A stretch of 64,000 nt of DNA from NCBI GenBank assembly GCA_051362555.1, contig CM120649.1, positions 8,494,001 to 8,558,000 on the forward strand. Direction: 5' to 3'. This DNA is from Lingula anatina (taxonomy: Eukaryota > Animalia > Brachiopoda). This document shows, piece by piece, positions 38,921-49,244 of this stretch. The notes below the pieces were generated by a model. It was not told the DNA's origin and did no database searches. It saw nothing but the letters and a program-made list of their open reading frames with translations. The position numbers were made by a program, and so were the translations under genes. Every line of letters starts with the position of its first letter. The first letter of the stretch is position 1.

Positions 38921-39016
38921 TGCCACAGGTTGAGGACATTTATTCCACAGTGCGTCCAACACACGAAGGCATTTATGCCACTTCCAGACCCAGTGTTGAA
39001 GAGCCAGGGGGACAAG
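38921..39016 (+). CDS. Tyr-motif micro-exon 4 (VPQVEDIYSTVRPTHEGIYATSRPSVEEPGGQ), 96 nt
   Basis: pyrimidine tract..gagtag|TG ... AAG|gtagtc, phase 1-1. Confidence 0.72.
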
Positions 39017-39808
39017 GTAGTCAGGGTCTCCAGAGAAACCCCGGGGAATTACCCTGCATGATGTGTTGAGCATGACCCCCAAGGTTTGACACGGAACAGA
39101 ATTGTTTGCTTCTTGGTTTTAATAAATGTCAAAGCAAATGAATAACCACCAAGGTTTGCAGATAAACATTTCTGAACAAGATTTGCTGTAAGCATCTGTA
39201 TTTCACGTCAGTATGGTAGTGGATTTTGTAGGATGGTCTTGCATGAAGTGGAAAACCAGTAGAAAATGAAACTATTTAAAATTATACAACCATAATGTCC
39301 CTTCTATCTATGTCTCCCTTTTTGGGCATGTGGATATGTAGTCCTGGAGGTCAAAGAAATAGGCCACAGTGGTATAAGATAGGGCCCTTCCTCCCCAACC
39401 CCAGTGCTTTTAGACTTTTATATTATCCTAAATCAGAAATATGTCATAAAATGGCTAGGCCATAGCTTACCTATACTACAGCTTTTTGTAATTACAGACA
39501 TCAAAAACCCTTTCCCATCTTTATTATAACAAAATGTTTTCATATCATTTTGTTGTGTGAAATATTAGAACTAAATTCTTCATTTGTTAATTCATATCCA
39601 TGTAATCAACAGCAATTCAATTCATACATAAAAAAAAAACATCACATTTTCACAAATGTGGACATAACTCTATGGTATTGCACTAGCTGTGACAGCTGTC
39701 ACATTCTGCAGCAATTTGTCTCATTTTGGGAACATTATTTTATGGCATTGTGCTAGTTGTGACAGCTGTCACATCCTGCTGCAATGTGCCCCACTGTCTA
39801 TTCTCCAG

Positions 39809-39856
39809 GCAGGCGACAGTCCATGTACTCCACCAACAGGGAGAGTGTGTATGGAG
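39809..39856 (+). CDS. Tyr-motif micro-exon 5 (GRRQSMYSTNRESVYG), 48 nt
   Basis: ctccag|GC ... GAG|gtaggc. Confidence 0.75.
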
Positions 39857-40263
39857 GTAGGCACTGCAACCACATTCTCAGAACCATTTCCGTTGTATAA
39901 TACCTTATAAACTTCCAGTAGTCTCTCTTTACTCAGCTAGATGAAACCAGTCCTTTTTGTTTTTGTTGTTTAAATAATTGATGCCCAATGTGTATTTTGA
40001 GTGTGTTTCATTGATAGCTCAAGTGCCTTATTGTGATGATGACAAAATGCATATAATGATCCCTTTTGTAAAAAGTTGCTGTTTTGGTGTTATTCTGAGA
40101 ATACTCGATGATAATGAATTCTATACTTTGACAGCATGTAGCTCAGGTTGATTTGATAACAAAGTGAATATAAACATTGATAATTTGATGACAAGGCAAT
40201 GTAGACCAGAAGCAGTCTGTAGCTAGATATGAGCTGATTGTTTAAGTTATTTCTAACCTCCAG

Positions 40264-40332
40264 GAGGGACAATAGTAAGAAGAACAAACATGTCTGTGTC
40301 TGGAGAGAACCAATTATATGGACACAGGCCTG
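40264..40332 (+). CDS. Tyr-motif micro-exon 6 (GGTIVRRTNMSVSGENQLYGHRP), 69 nt
   Basis: ctaacctccag|GA ... CTG|gtaaga. Confidence 0.7.
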
Positions 40333-40626
40333 GTAAGATGGTAGTGTGTGCATGTGCGTCTGTGGTGTCTTTGATTGTGTGACTGTGTTTGATGTATGTA
40401 TGTGTGTGTGGCTGTGCATGTATGTGTATCTGTGTATATGCGTGCACATGTCTGCGCATGCATACGTGTGTGCACGTTCCAAATATTACATGCAGAGATA
40501 GATGAAATGTTATAAAATAGATAGTAGGTATTCTCACACAAACCTTCCTTTATGTTAATTAAGTTAAAATTTTATGATTCTCAAATTACCCGTATTGAAG
40601 TCTACAGAGTATAGTTTCATGCTCAG

Positions 40627-40689
40627 GTATCCAGGCAGTGAAAGCATCCACTAACAGCACACTTTATACAGAAGGGATTTATGGAGAAG
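40627..40689 (+). CDS. Tyr-motif micro-exon 7 (GIQAVKASTNSTLYTEGIYGE), 63 nt
   Basis: gctcag|GT ... AAG|gtgaga. Confidence 0.7.
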
Positions 40690-41243
40690 GTGAGAAGGGA
40701 TTCTGGCTTCTTTCAATGGTCTATCCTTAAAATAAACGTTCTGGTTATCCAAGTTTTAGCCAAAAGTGCCAAAACTTTTGTTATCAAAAGTACTTTAATA
40801 TACAGTACCAAAGGAATTTACACTGTTTAACTTGAACTTGCGGAAGTTATCTACAGACCAAAAATGAGACTGATAATTACTTTTATTTCCCAGATTAGTT
40901 ACATCTGAAGTCATTTAGCTCTAACATTTTTGCAGCCTTTGTATCTTGTAGTTTACTTTGTTATACTGTATTAGCTGTCATCAAACAGTTCTGATTTCAC
41001 TGTGGATCTTTATAAATATTTTGCAGCATCAGCTGTATATAACTTATTATTTAATAACTTAAATCTAAATGCCTGGAGTGTCAGTAAGAATGGGTTCATT
41101 AATTTAAAAGATATTTGATAAACTGTTAATTTGGGATGTCACATCCAAACTTTCATTGCTGCCTCCTGAACCTAAAAGTAAATATTTAGTGATATTCAGT
41201 GACAGCATGCCCCTATTCTAATAACTGCTGATTGTTCCGTCAG

Positions 41244-41300
41244 GTCAGAGACAGCAGAGACATCTGGTGACCAGGGTATACGGGGATGGTATCTATGAAG
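41244..41300 (+). CDS. Tyr-motif micro-exon 8 (GQRQQRHLVTRVYGDGIYE), 57 nt
   Basis: cgtcag|GT ... AAG|gtagca; YGDGIYEG mirrors AYGDGLYKG of exon 44157. Confidence 0.75.
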
Positions 41301-41620
41301 GTAGCAGATGTTATTGACAAAGACACTTAAGAACACACAGTTAGAAATATTCATAATTATAATGTGAATCTCAGGACATAGTTTGATACACATATTGATA
41401 AAGAAATTTTAACTCAAAGTTTTTTAGCACACAAAATTACACAAACAAGTAAATAGCTTTTATGCTTTCAGAACAAAATGGATTCAATAATTCTATCTAT
41501 AATCAGACAAAACAATACCAAAATTATGTATAACAAAAAAATACTGCAGTGTATGGGTAAGTATTGAGACATGTATGGGGTCATTTGATATGTTAATTGC
41601 CTATGTGTGACCTATGGCAG

Positions 41621-41686
41621 GTAAACAGGGCCAGCGTCAGGACTACGGGACCATATCACGGAATGTCACTGAAAACATCTACGAAG
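41621..41686 (+). CDS. Tyr-motif micro-exon 9 (GKQGQRQDYGTISRNVTENIYE), 66 nt
   Basis: tggcag|GT ... AAG|gtattc. Confidence 0.72.
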
Positions 41687-42562
41687 GTATTCTCTCTCTA
41701 CGAATAGTTACCTGCAACAGTAATGTTTCCATCTATATACCTATACTAAGCATGTTTATGGTATATAGATCTGCTTTCAGCTCCTAGCAGATCTTCATGC
41801 ATATATACAGTTTATAAAGTTCCAGTGGAATTCTGCATGGTTATTCAGCTTGGTTGACAATATCTGTTGTTGCTAAGTATCATATATCCAAACTGTCCAA
41901 ACTCTAAATTAAAGACCTCATTTTAGTAAAAGCCTTATGAGAAAATGTCACCCATCTTCGAGAGAGATCCATGTGCTTTCCCTGTATAGCACCTCCCCTC
42001 CCCCAATTCCTGATCTAACACTACCAAAGTACCCAAATGTATTCAAAGTACCCATCACAAAGAAACAATTAGAAATACTTTCACTTTCCATGTCTTTAGG
42101 CTCGTTCAGTTCTTTCTCCAGAAGCTGAATGAGTGCTTGCACCATTTTAGTGGCCACCATGGCAATGTTCCAGTTAGTATGCATGTCAATTCAATATATT
42201 GCCAATACCACATTCCGTTAGCTGGTATATAGATTCCATATTTATGTACTCCTGATAAGTGTCATTTATTGCCAACTTCCAAATATTCCCTCTTCTGTCA
42301 CAATCAGACAAATTGGGATGTTAGTCTAACGCATGCTCCACCCTGTATTATAATGAGACATAAATGCTGTGGCACATTACGAGCACTCTTATTATTAGAC
42401 CTGTTGACGTAGTAATGGACAGTTTGATTCCTTAGTTTTTAGAAACAGTAATTTAAATGTTGTCTTTATATAATACTATTATGTTTATGAACATTGATGC
42501 ATTAGAAGTTGTATGGGAGATGACAGTGATGGTGTGTTATTATGATGTGTGTCTTCATTTAG

Positions 42563-42625
42563 ATTCTCCACTCAGACTAGAGTTCAGAAGGTTGTCTTAT
42601 ATATATGGCAATGGGATTTATGGAG
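42563..42625 (+). CDS. Tyr-motif micro-exon 10 (DSPLRLEFRRLSYIYGNGIYG), 63 nt
   Basis: atttag|AT ... GAG|gtaatc; inside ORF 42457-42792. Confidence 0.75.
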
Positions 42626-42948
42626 GTAATCACACTAGTCTAATTACAAATATGCTGTCAGTGATTTATAGTTTAACTGCCACTGAGAATACAGCACACA
42701 AAGTGCAAACACAGTCAGCAATGTACTACTGTATTAGGGAAATCCTGAACCAAAAATTATCAAGTACACATTATATAACCCTCTGTCTTTGACACATCTG
42801 GAACAATGAATAATACTTTTATTACGCACAAACTTGGAAGATCCTCAACATTTCCGTAGTTTTTACACAACTCGCGCAGATTCTATTCTGTGTTCTTGTT
42901 CTGTTCACTATATGAATAAGCTATAACAATAAGCTACTTCGCCCTTAG

Positions 42949-43017
42949 GACTTCCTCCAAGAGAAGAGAGTATATACAGCACAACACGCCGTACCAGTTA
43001 TAGTTCACAATATGGAG
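42949..43017 (+). CDS. Tyr-motif micro-exon 11 (GLPPREESIYSTTRRTSYSSQYG), 69 nt
   Basis: ccttag|GA ... GAG|gtaagg. Confidence 0.78.
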
Positions 43018-44020
43018 GTAAGGAAATGCCCATCTCCAGCCCTGCTGTCAACCCCTGACCTCCTGGCAAACATTTACATAATTCAGGTTTGGGAGTTCAT
43101 CCCCCCTTGTATGTCCTAGTCCACACCCAGTCATCTCCTGAATCTGAACATATATAGAAACAGTTAAACTACAACAAACAATCCCAAATAGATTACTGTT
43201 CTTCCAAATGAATAGCGTACTGCCATATATGCATGTTTACTAGTGAAGTTAATTAAACTGTATGTAAGGGTATGGTGGTCTCTAGAAATTATGCAATCTA
43301 CAATTCATACCAGTAAGTTAATCTCCCTTCCAAACCCTGTAGCCTTTTCTTGATCATTCTTTTTGAAAGGAGATTTTTTTATACTGGTTTGCAAGCATGG
43401 ATATTCAACCCATAGTATCTAGTTGAGAAGTATGGATAAAGTTTCCATCCCAGTTTGTGTTGAATTTTTTTGTAACATGAACAGCGATAGCTTTGAACTT
43501 TTTCCTCCGACACCTACTATATTGTTTGCATGATTTAAAAGGTTTTTATATGGAAGGCTTGCTATTATTTATATTGTCAGAACTGTCAAACTCAGTCTTG
43601 CATAATATAAACTTAAGCATTAACAGTAACAAAGCGAGTTAGTTTGTGAAAAGTGTTATTGTCAGGAGAGCGTTGTTGTTGGTCCACACCAGGTGTGCGC
43701 AGTGAAGTATTGTTTTAACTTGAAAATTAATTCTGATACCTTTATTCTAGGTGATTGAAAAAAAATTATAGCTTTAGTTCCCATTGTGGCAGTTAAAGAC
43801 ACATGCAAAGATTTTGCTGATATTATGGTCTACTACCAATCTTCACATACATATTGATTTCTTTAGGGAATTTTTACTTCCAGAAACCGCATTGGTCTTC
43901 TTTTATAATTACATGTTTATTTGAACATACTTTCAGGTCAGATTTTGCTTTTCATTATTTTCAGGAATTTTAAATGTGTTATCTATAAAATTTTATATTT
44001 ATTTCCTTGGTTTCTTTTAG

Positions 44021-44029
44021 GAAATCAAG
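44021..44029 (+). CDS. Candidate 9-nt micro-exon (G-N-Q)
   Basis: long pyrimidine tract tttcttttag|GAAATCAAG|gtaacg, phase 1-1. Confidence 0.4.
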
Positions 44030-44156
44030 GTAACGTATGTACAATTCTGGTTGGTAATAAGAAATATGAAAAGAAAGTGTTTTCTATGTTTCTTACAACT
44101 AAAGGCATGTTAAACCTGCTAGATCATGTGTCAGCCATGTCATTTTCTCTTGGCAG

Positions 44157-44426
44157 GTTCTCCCTACACACAAGATGTCCGCAGCATCGCCCATATCAGC
44201 GCGTATGGTGACGGACTGTACAAGGGCGAGGAGGACCAACCCGCGACCTTTATGGTGGACTCCAAGGGCATGAAGGGAGATCTGTTTGTGCAGGTGGATG
44301 GTCCCAACTCCATCGCCAAGTGTAACATCGACCCAGAGAGAGACGGGCTGTATGCTGTCACCTATGTTCCCGTGGAGGTGGGCATGTATAACATTCAAGT
44401 GAAGTGGAACGGGATGGAGATACCAG
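44157..44426 (+). CDS. Filamin exon (GSPYTQDVRSIAHISAYGDGLYKG...WNGMEIP), 270 nt
   Basis: tggcag|GT ... CAG|gtaacc. Confidence 0.93.
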
Positions 44427-44917
44427 GTAACCCATGCTCAAACACCCATACCATCTCTACATCATGTCCGTAGCAAGTTCTGTGGAGTTTAATATTGATT
44501 CATAGATCGAAACAGAAAATGTATTATACCAGCTGTGTGAAATGTTGTAGAATTCTAGATAATGCAAGTATTGCAATAAGAGTGAATGCTACAGATTGAG
44601 CAATAGAGACTCAACAGAGACAACAGTTTTCTCAGAAAATATCAGTCTCTATCATTGTTACTTAATCTTTATGATATTTAATCCTTAGCATGTACTGTTT
44701 AAGCCATGCACCTTTACATGTACATCACATATCCTTGAAGTTTGTTTATTATGAAATTCTAATCCCTGAAAAAGGCACCAATGCCGAAGCTTGGGCATTT
44801 ATACCAAATTTTAGTTAATCTTTATAGATGTTTTTTGCTCGATTCATTTATTTCTTAGACTGAACATATCAAATGACTTAAACTAATGTTAATCCATTCA
44901 TGTTGTTGTCTTTGCAG

Positions 44918-45064
44918 GGAGTCCGTTCCACCCGCGTATAGTGGATGCCCGCAAGGTGAAGGTCCTGGGTGGCTGGCAGAGTTTCCTCGACTCCAACAAC
45001 CAAGTGCGTCTGTCAGTGGGAGAAGCCAAGAGGGTAGCTTTTGACTGCTCTGAGGCTGGGCCAG
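44918..45064 (+). CDS. Filamin exon (GSPFHPRIVDARKVKVLGGWQSF...EAGP), 147 nt
   Basis: ttgcag|GG ... CAG|gtagat. Confidence 0.93.
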
Positions 45065-45624
45065 GTAGATTTGACTCAGATCTATAAGATTTTAAGTGTC
45101 TGTGATTGATTTTTTTTTAAAAATGAAAGTGAGTGGACCAAGAAAAAAATGTTAGCCTTTTTGCATTAAAAAATGAGTATACCAAGATAACAATGTTAGC
45201 AGTAGCTATTTTTTTGCATTGGAATTGTCAGATACCTTTCAACTTGACAAGGAAGTAAAGCAGCTAGGTTTGATTGGTACAGAAGGACTGTAGGGATTGA
45301 ATAGTTTTTAAACACCTTGCTGCTGTCAAATGTTGTCATTCAGAAGGAAAAAATCTATGTTATGCACATTTATCTATTATGTATAAGCAATGCTAGTACA
45401 TGTGCTAAACAAGGCAAGTGCTGCCTCTGTCATTATTTGATCCACAGGCATGGAACGGTTAGCATAGAGTTCATTTCAATGTCTTTTATAGTTATTTTGA
45501 TGTGCTCTACCAGAAAATTCACATAAACATAAACACTCCATGTTGATGGTCTGATCTCCAAACCTGTAAGATCTTCCACAACAGATCCATGACTTACTCA
45601 TTCATATCTTATACTGTATTCCAG

Positions 45625-45729
45625 GGAAACTAAAGGCTGAAGTTATTGGACCTGCTGGTCGTCTTCCAGTAGAGATAGAAAACACCAGTGACTTCACCAA
45701 GACAGTCATCTTCACACCCACAGTAGAGG
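45625..45729 (+). CDS. Filamin exon (GKLKAEVIGPAGRLPV...FTPTVE), 105 nt
   Basis: ttccag|GG ... AGG|gtaagt. Confidence 0.92.
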
Positions 45730-46257
45730 GTAAGTCTTGGGACAGTAAGGCAAGGGTCTTGATGTGAAAAAGATGCAAAAAAATTTACCTTCCAGAAAAC
45801 TAAGTGCCACTGTTCACTTACAATGCAAAGAAACAAGCCCATATAGCATTAATATGGAATGTTGTTTTATCTTTAAGTGTTGTCCCAGTCAGATTGAACT
45901 GTAGAGTCCTAATGGGGGTAGAGGGAGTGATCACAGTTCAGAGGAAATAAAATCATCAATTTACAAATCACAGTGAATAAATCTTTATTCATAGCTCATT
46001 AAAATGCACTAAATGTAAGTAGAAAATCCTGAATCACTGAGTATAATGACCTCATTTCACTAAGGAAGAAGAATAAAAAGCCTCATTCACGAGTCAAGGG
46101 AATGGGGCTCTTCATGGATCTATCTGAATCATTATTATATATCATTTTCATATATATTTAGGGAAATAAAAAGTGGCTTTCATGGTAAAGAAAATACCCA
46201 ATAACACCCTCAGTAAAGAAAGAAATCCAACTAATCCTCACTATGGTTGTTCTGCAG

Positions 46258-46443
46258 GTGAATACAAGATCTCCCTGTGGTGGTCTGAGGTGGCACTGCC
46301 CAAGTCACCATACAAAGGTCTGGCCGCTGGACACAGGCTGCCCGTTGACCACACCAAAGTGACCATGACTGGACGGGGGCTGAAGGAGGCCAAAGTGGGA
46401 CACGAGGCCGAGTTTGTCATTGATGGCTCACAGGCTGGGGCAG
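46258..46443 (+). CDS. Filamin exon (GEYKISLWWSEVALPKSPY...DGSQAGA), 186 nt
   Basis: ctgcag|GT ... CAG|gtgagt. Confidence 0.93.
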
Positions 46444-46625
46444 GTGAGTGAGAGAGAGAGAGGGAGGGCAGGTGAGAGAGGGAAAGGAAAGATTAGAGAA
46501 GAAATATGAGAGAGGGGGAGGACAGGTGAGAGAGAGCGAGAAGATGGGCAAGTGAGAGAGGGGAGGACAGGTGAGAGAGCGGGAAGATGGGCAAGTGAGA
46601 GAGGGGGGAGGACAGGTGAGAGAGG
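46437..46625 (+). repeat. Purine-rich tandem repeat reiterating the CAG|GTGAG donor
   Basis: About 7 ca(g/a)gtgag units after exon 46258-46443. Confidence 0.8.
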
Positions 46626-46763
46626 ATGTATTTCAATTGGCTCCTTTTTGACATTGCTTACATAAGACAATAAGTTTGCTTTAAATGTATTGTTAAGTAA
46701 TATTTTCTTTAGAACTGTTAAAATACCTTGATCAGTTGAAAGATGCAAGCAATCCACTTGCAG

Positions 46764-46868
46764 GCACACCTGAGGTCTCCATGACAGGAGTGAAGGAAGA
46801 TATTCATGTGAAAGTAAAGAGTCTTGGAGGAGACAAGTATAGATGTACTTACACAGCACAGAGTGCAG
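46764..46868 (+). CDS. Filamin exon (GTPEVSMTGVKEDI...YTAQSA), 105 nt
   Basis: ttgcag|GC ... CAG|gtaatg. Confidence 0.92.
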
Positions 46869-47220
46869 GTAATGTTGACAACTTGCTGAAACTCTCTGTG
46901 TCCTTCCTGATGCTATTGTAACACATTCAAGATAAAATTTTGTAACTCATCCTACACTAATCAGTATAGCTAATAACTTAGTGCCTTGGAAGAGATTTGT
47001 ATGTTTATCCAAGTTTTTGTTGTTTTTGTTCAAAAGTGAAGTTGAGGGTAGAAAATATAAACCTGGAGATTTAGCATTAGTAGTTTCCCTTTTTAAATTA
47101 TCAAAATACCCTGACACACTGTAAATAATTCATTTGTAATGAGTAATGTGATATATTCAACTATATTCCCTCACTCTGATCACAAATCTTGGTTAATATC
47201 CCAGTGTTCTGTGTTTCCAG

Positions 47221-47397
47221 GTGCGTACCTGCTGAACATCCAGTGGTCCCACAGACAGGTGAAAGGTGCTCCGTTCAAGGTCAATGTCAGCGCCGGCAGT
47301 GATGCCAGTAAAGTGGTGGCCAGTGGTGAGGGGTTGAGGACGGGCATTATGAGCAAAGAAATCAAGTCTATCATAGACACTAGGAGGGCAGGACCAG
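47221..47397 (+). CDS. Filamin exon (GAYLLNIQWSHRQVKGAPFKV...RRAGP), 177 nt
   Basis: ttccag|GT ... CAG|gtgagt. Confidence 0.93.
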
Positions 47398-47613
47398 GTG
47401 AGTGATGAGAATACACGTCATGTCAGAGGCTAGCCAGGCAGTGGCATGAATACTCACTGAATTGTGTTTCATATTTATGTGGTCTTATTCGCAAATTCTT
47501 GAACTAAAATGTTGATGGTATCTGAAGCTTGCCAGGAGGTCTGTAGACATACCTTCACAGTAGAGAGTTTAGCTTTATGAAATTGTGATAGAAAGAATAT
47601 ATGTATAATTGTC

Positions 47614-47742
47614 CTACCCTGTGTAATATTGGGTATTGTGTGATTTCCCACTGCATGTAATATTATGTATTGTGTGGTGCCCCACCTTGTATAATATTGA
47701 ATATTGTGTTGTGTCCCACCCTGTGTAACATTGTATATTGTA
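47614..47742. repeat. ~30-bp degenerate tandem repeat just upstream of an acceptor
   Basis: cccaccctgtgtaatattg..tattgtg about 4 copies. Confidence 0.75.
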
Positions 47743-47752
47743 TTATTTTCAG

Positions 47753-47902
47753 GTGAGCTGACAGCACACTGTATGGGGCCTTCCAGAGCAGCCCATGTTG
47801 AGCTGTTTGACCACCGAGATGGCACCTTTTCCATGTCTGTGAAACCACAGGAGGCTGGCAAACACATCCTCACTGTCAAATATGGCGGAGAACACATTCA
47901 AG
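47753..47902 (+). CDS. Filamin exon (GELTAHCMGP...KYGGEHIQ), 150 nt
   Basis: tttcag|GT ... AAG|gtgggg. Confidence 0.92.
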
Positions 47903-48174
47903 GTGGGGGCCAAACCTTCCTCTGCCTTCCTTTTGTCCGATATTATTTGATTTATTGGATGGCAAAAAGTGACCAATTTCAAAGTTCAAAAACTTCAACG
48001 GTTGAATGCAATGCAATGAATTTGTGATATTTTAGGAAAATGATGTTTTTCTTAAATTGGGCACACTGATAAAAAATTTAACATCTTAATTTAAGTCAAG
48101 GTGTCAATATTGCCAGACTCTGGCACTTATCTTAAGCCTGGCATCAAATTTTTTTGTCTTAAGGTTTTATTTAT

Positions 48175-48212
<38 letters not shown>

Positions 48213-48300
48213 CGTTTTAGTTGTGCCGAAACTAAAAGTAGAGTCATGAAATTTTCAGCATTTATTAAAAACTGTTCACAACCCCCCTTCTCGTCCCCAG

Positions 48301-48468
48301 GTAGTCCTTATGTCCTGCGTGTCTCGGGGGCACCAGACGCCAGCAAGGTGAGGGTCAGTGGGCCAGGTGTGTCCCATGGTATTCTGGCCAGGTACCAGAG
48401 CAGGTTCTTAGTGGACACCAAGGGGGCAGGAGCTGGACAACTGACCGTCAGGATTAGAGGGCCAAAGG
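48301..48468 (+). CDS. Filamin exon (GSPYVLRVSGAPDASKV...RIRGPK), 168 nt
   Basis: ccccag|GT ... AGG|gtaagt. Confidence 0.93.
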
Positions 48469-48906
48469 GTAAGTGAACTGGTATCAAGAGAATATTCCAT
48501 TACAGTAATGAATCAAACTTTCTGAATTTAACAAATACTGTACTTTTTTAAGTCATAAATTCTTAAAATCAGAACACTCCTATTGAGTGGTAGCAACAGA
48601 ACTAAAAACCAGGCTATTGTATAGTTCTGTTTTATTCAGAAAATAACACCACGTGTAACACAGTGATATATTTGTAATGGTTTTAAAATAATATATCTAT
48701 AAAATTGAGAATTTCCCACATTGAAAAGATTGAGAGAAGAGTTGAGGAGAAAGGGGCAAGCTTTGTAAATATCAGATCTGACACAGATAAAATGTAGTGC
48801 TTTATAGTTATTTTTTAACTACAGTTTTTCTTTGAGGCAGCATGTTGTCTTAACAATTAACTTCAAAATCCCAAGTAATATTTAATTTGAATGGTCTTAA
48901 TTACAG

Positions 48907-49244
48907 GCGCTTTCCGTGTAGAAATGCAGCGAGAGAGTCAGAAAGACCGCACTATTCTCTGTCGCTATGACCCCACGGAGGTCGGCGACTACATCATCCA
49001 TGTCAAGTGGTCGGGAGAACACGTTCCAGGAAGTCCCTTCCAGGTGCGCATCTGCGACACAGAGGAAGAGTACGAGAGGTACATGCATGAGCTTCGTACA
49101 GGGGTGGCACTGCAGGGACGACCTGGGAGCGGCGGATACAGCACACTGCCAAGTAGCCATGGTTACGGCACCATGCACAGCAATGGCGGATACTGGAATG
49201 GCCACCCAGATGCGACATACGCTACTTATGACTTCAGATCTTAA
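48907..49244 (+). CDS. Filamin terminal exon (GAFRVEMQRESQKDRT...YATYDFRS*) with Gly/Tyr-rich tail
   Basis: ttacag|GC, stop TAA 49242-49244. Confidence 0.93.

Larger units (their letters stand above)
3149..49244 (+). other. Filamin-family gene (jitterbug/FLN-2-like), multi-exon, roughly 18 Ig-like filamin repeats in window; probably 5'-partial
   Basis: 32 GT-AG-bounded exons splice in frame into tandem filamin repeats (GSPF..., VDASRAGAG, F.P.E.G.H.V.V.Y.G.IPGSPF). Terminal repeats (GSPFHPRIVDARKVKVLGGW; GPKGAFRVEMQRESQKDRTILCRYDPTE) resemble jitterbug-type filamins from memory. No CH domain in window. Confidence 0.93.

Noticed and set aside
41781-41852. Additional micro-exon candidate (APSRSSCIYTVYKVP...)
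   Set aside because: The only in-phase donor (gttgac) is very weak; left unannotated.
3149-49244. Assigning a definite gene symbol (jbug/fln-2/FLNA) or a species
   Set aside because: Similarity recalled from memory only; needs BLAST and phylogeny.
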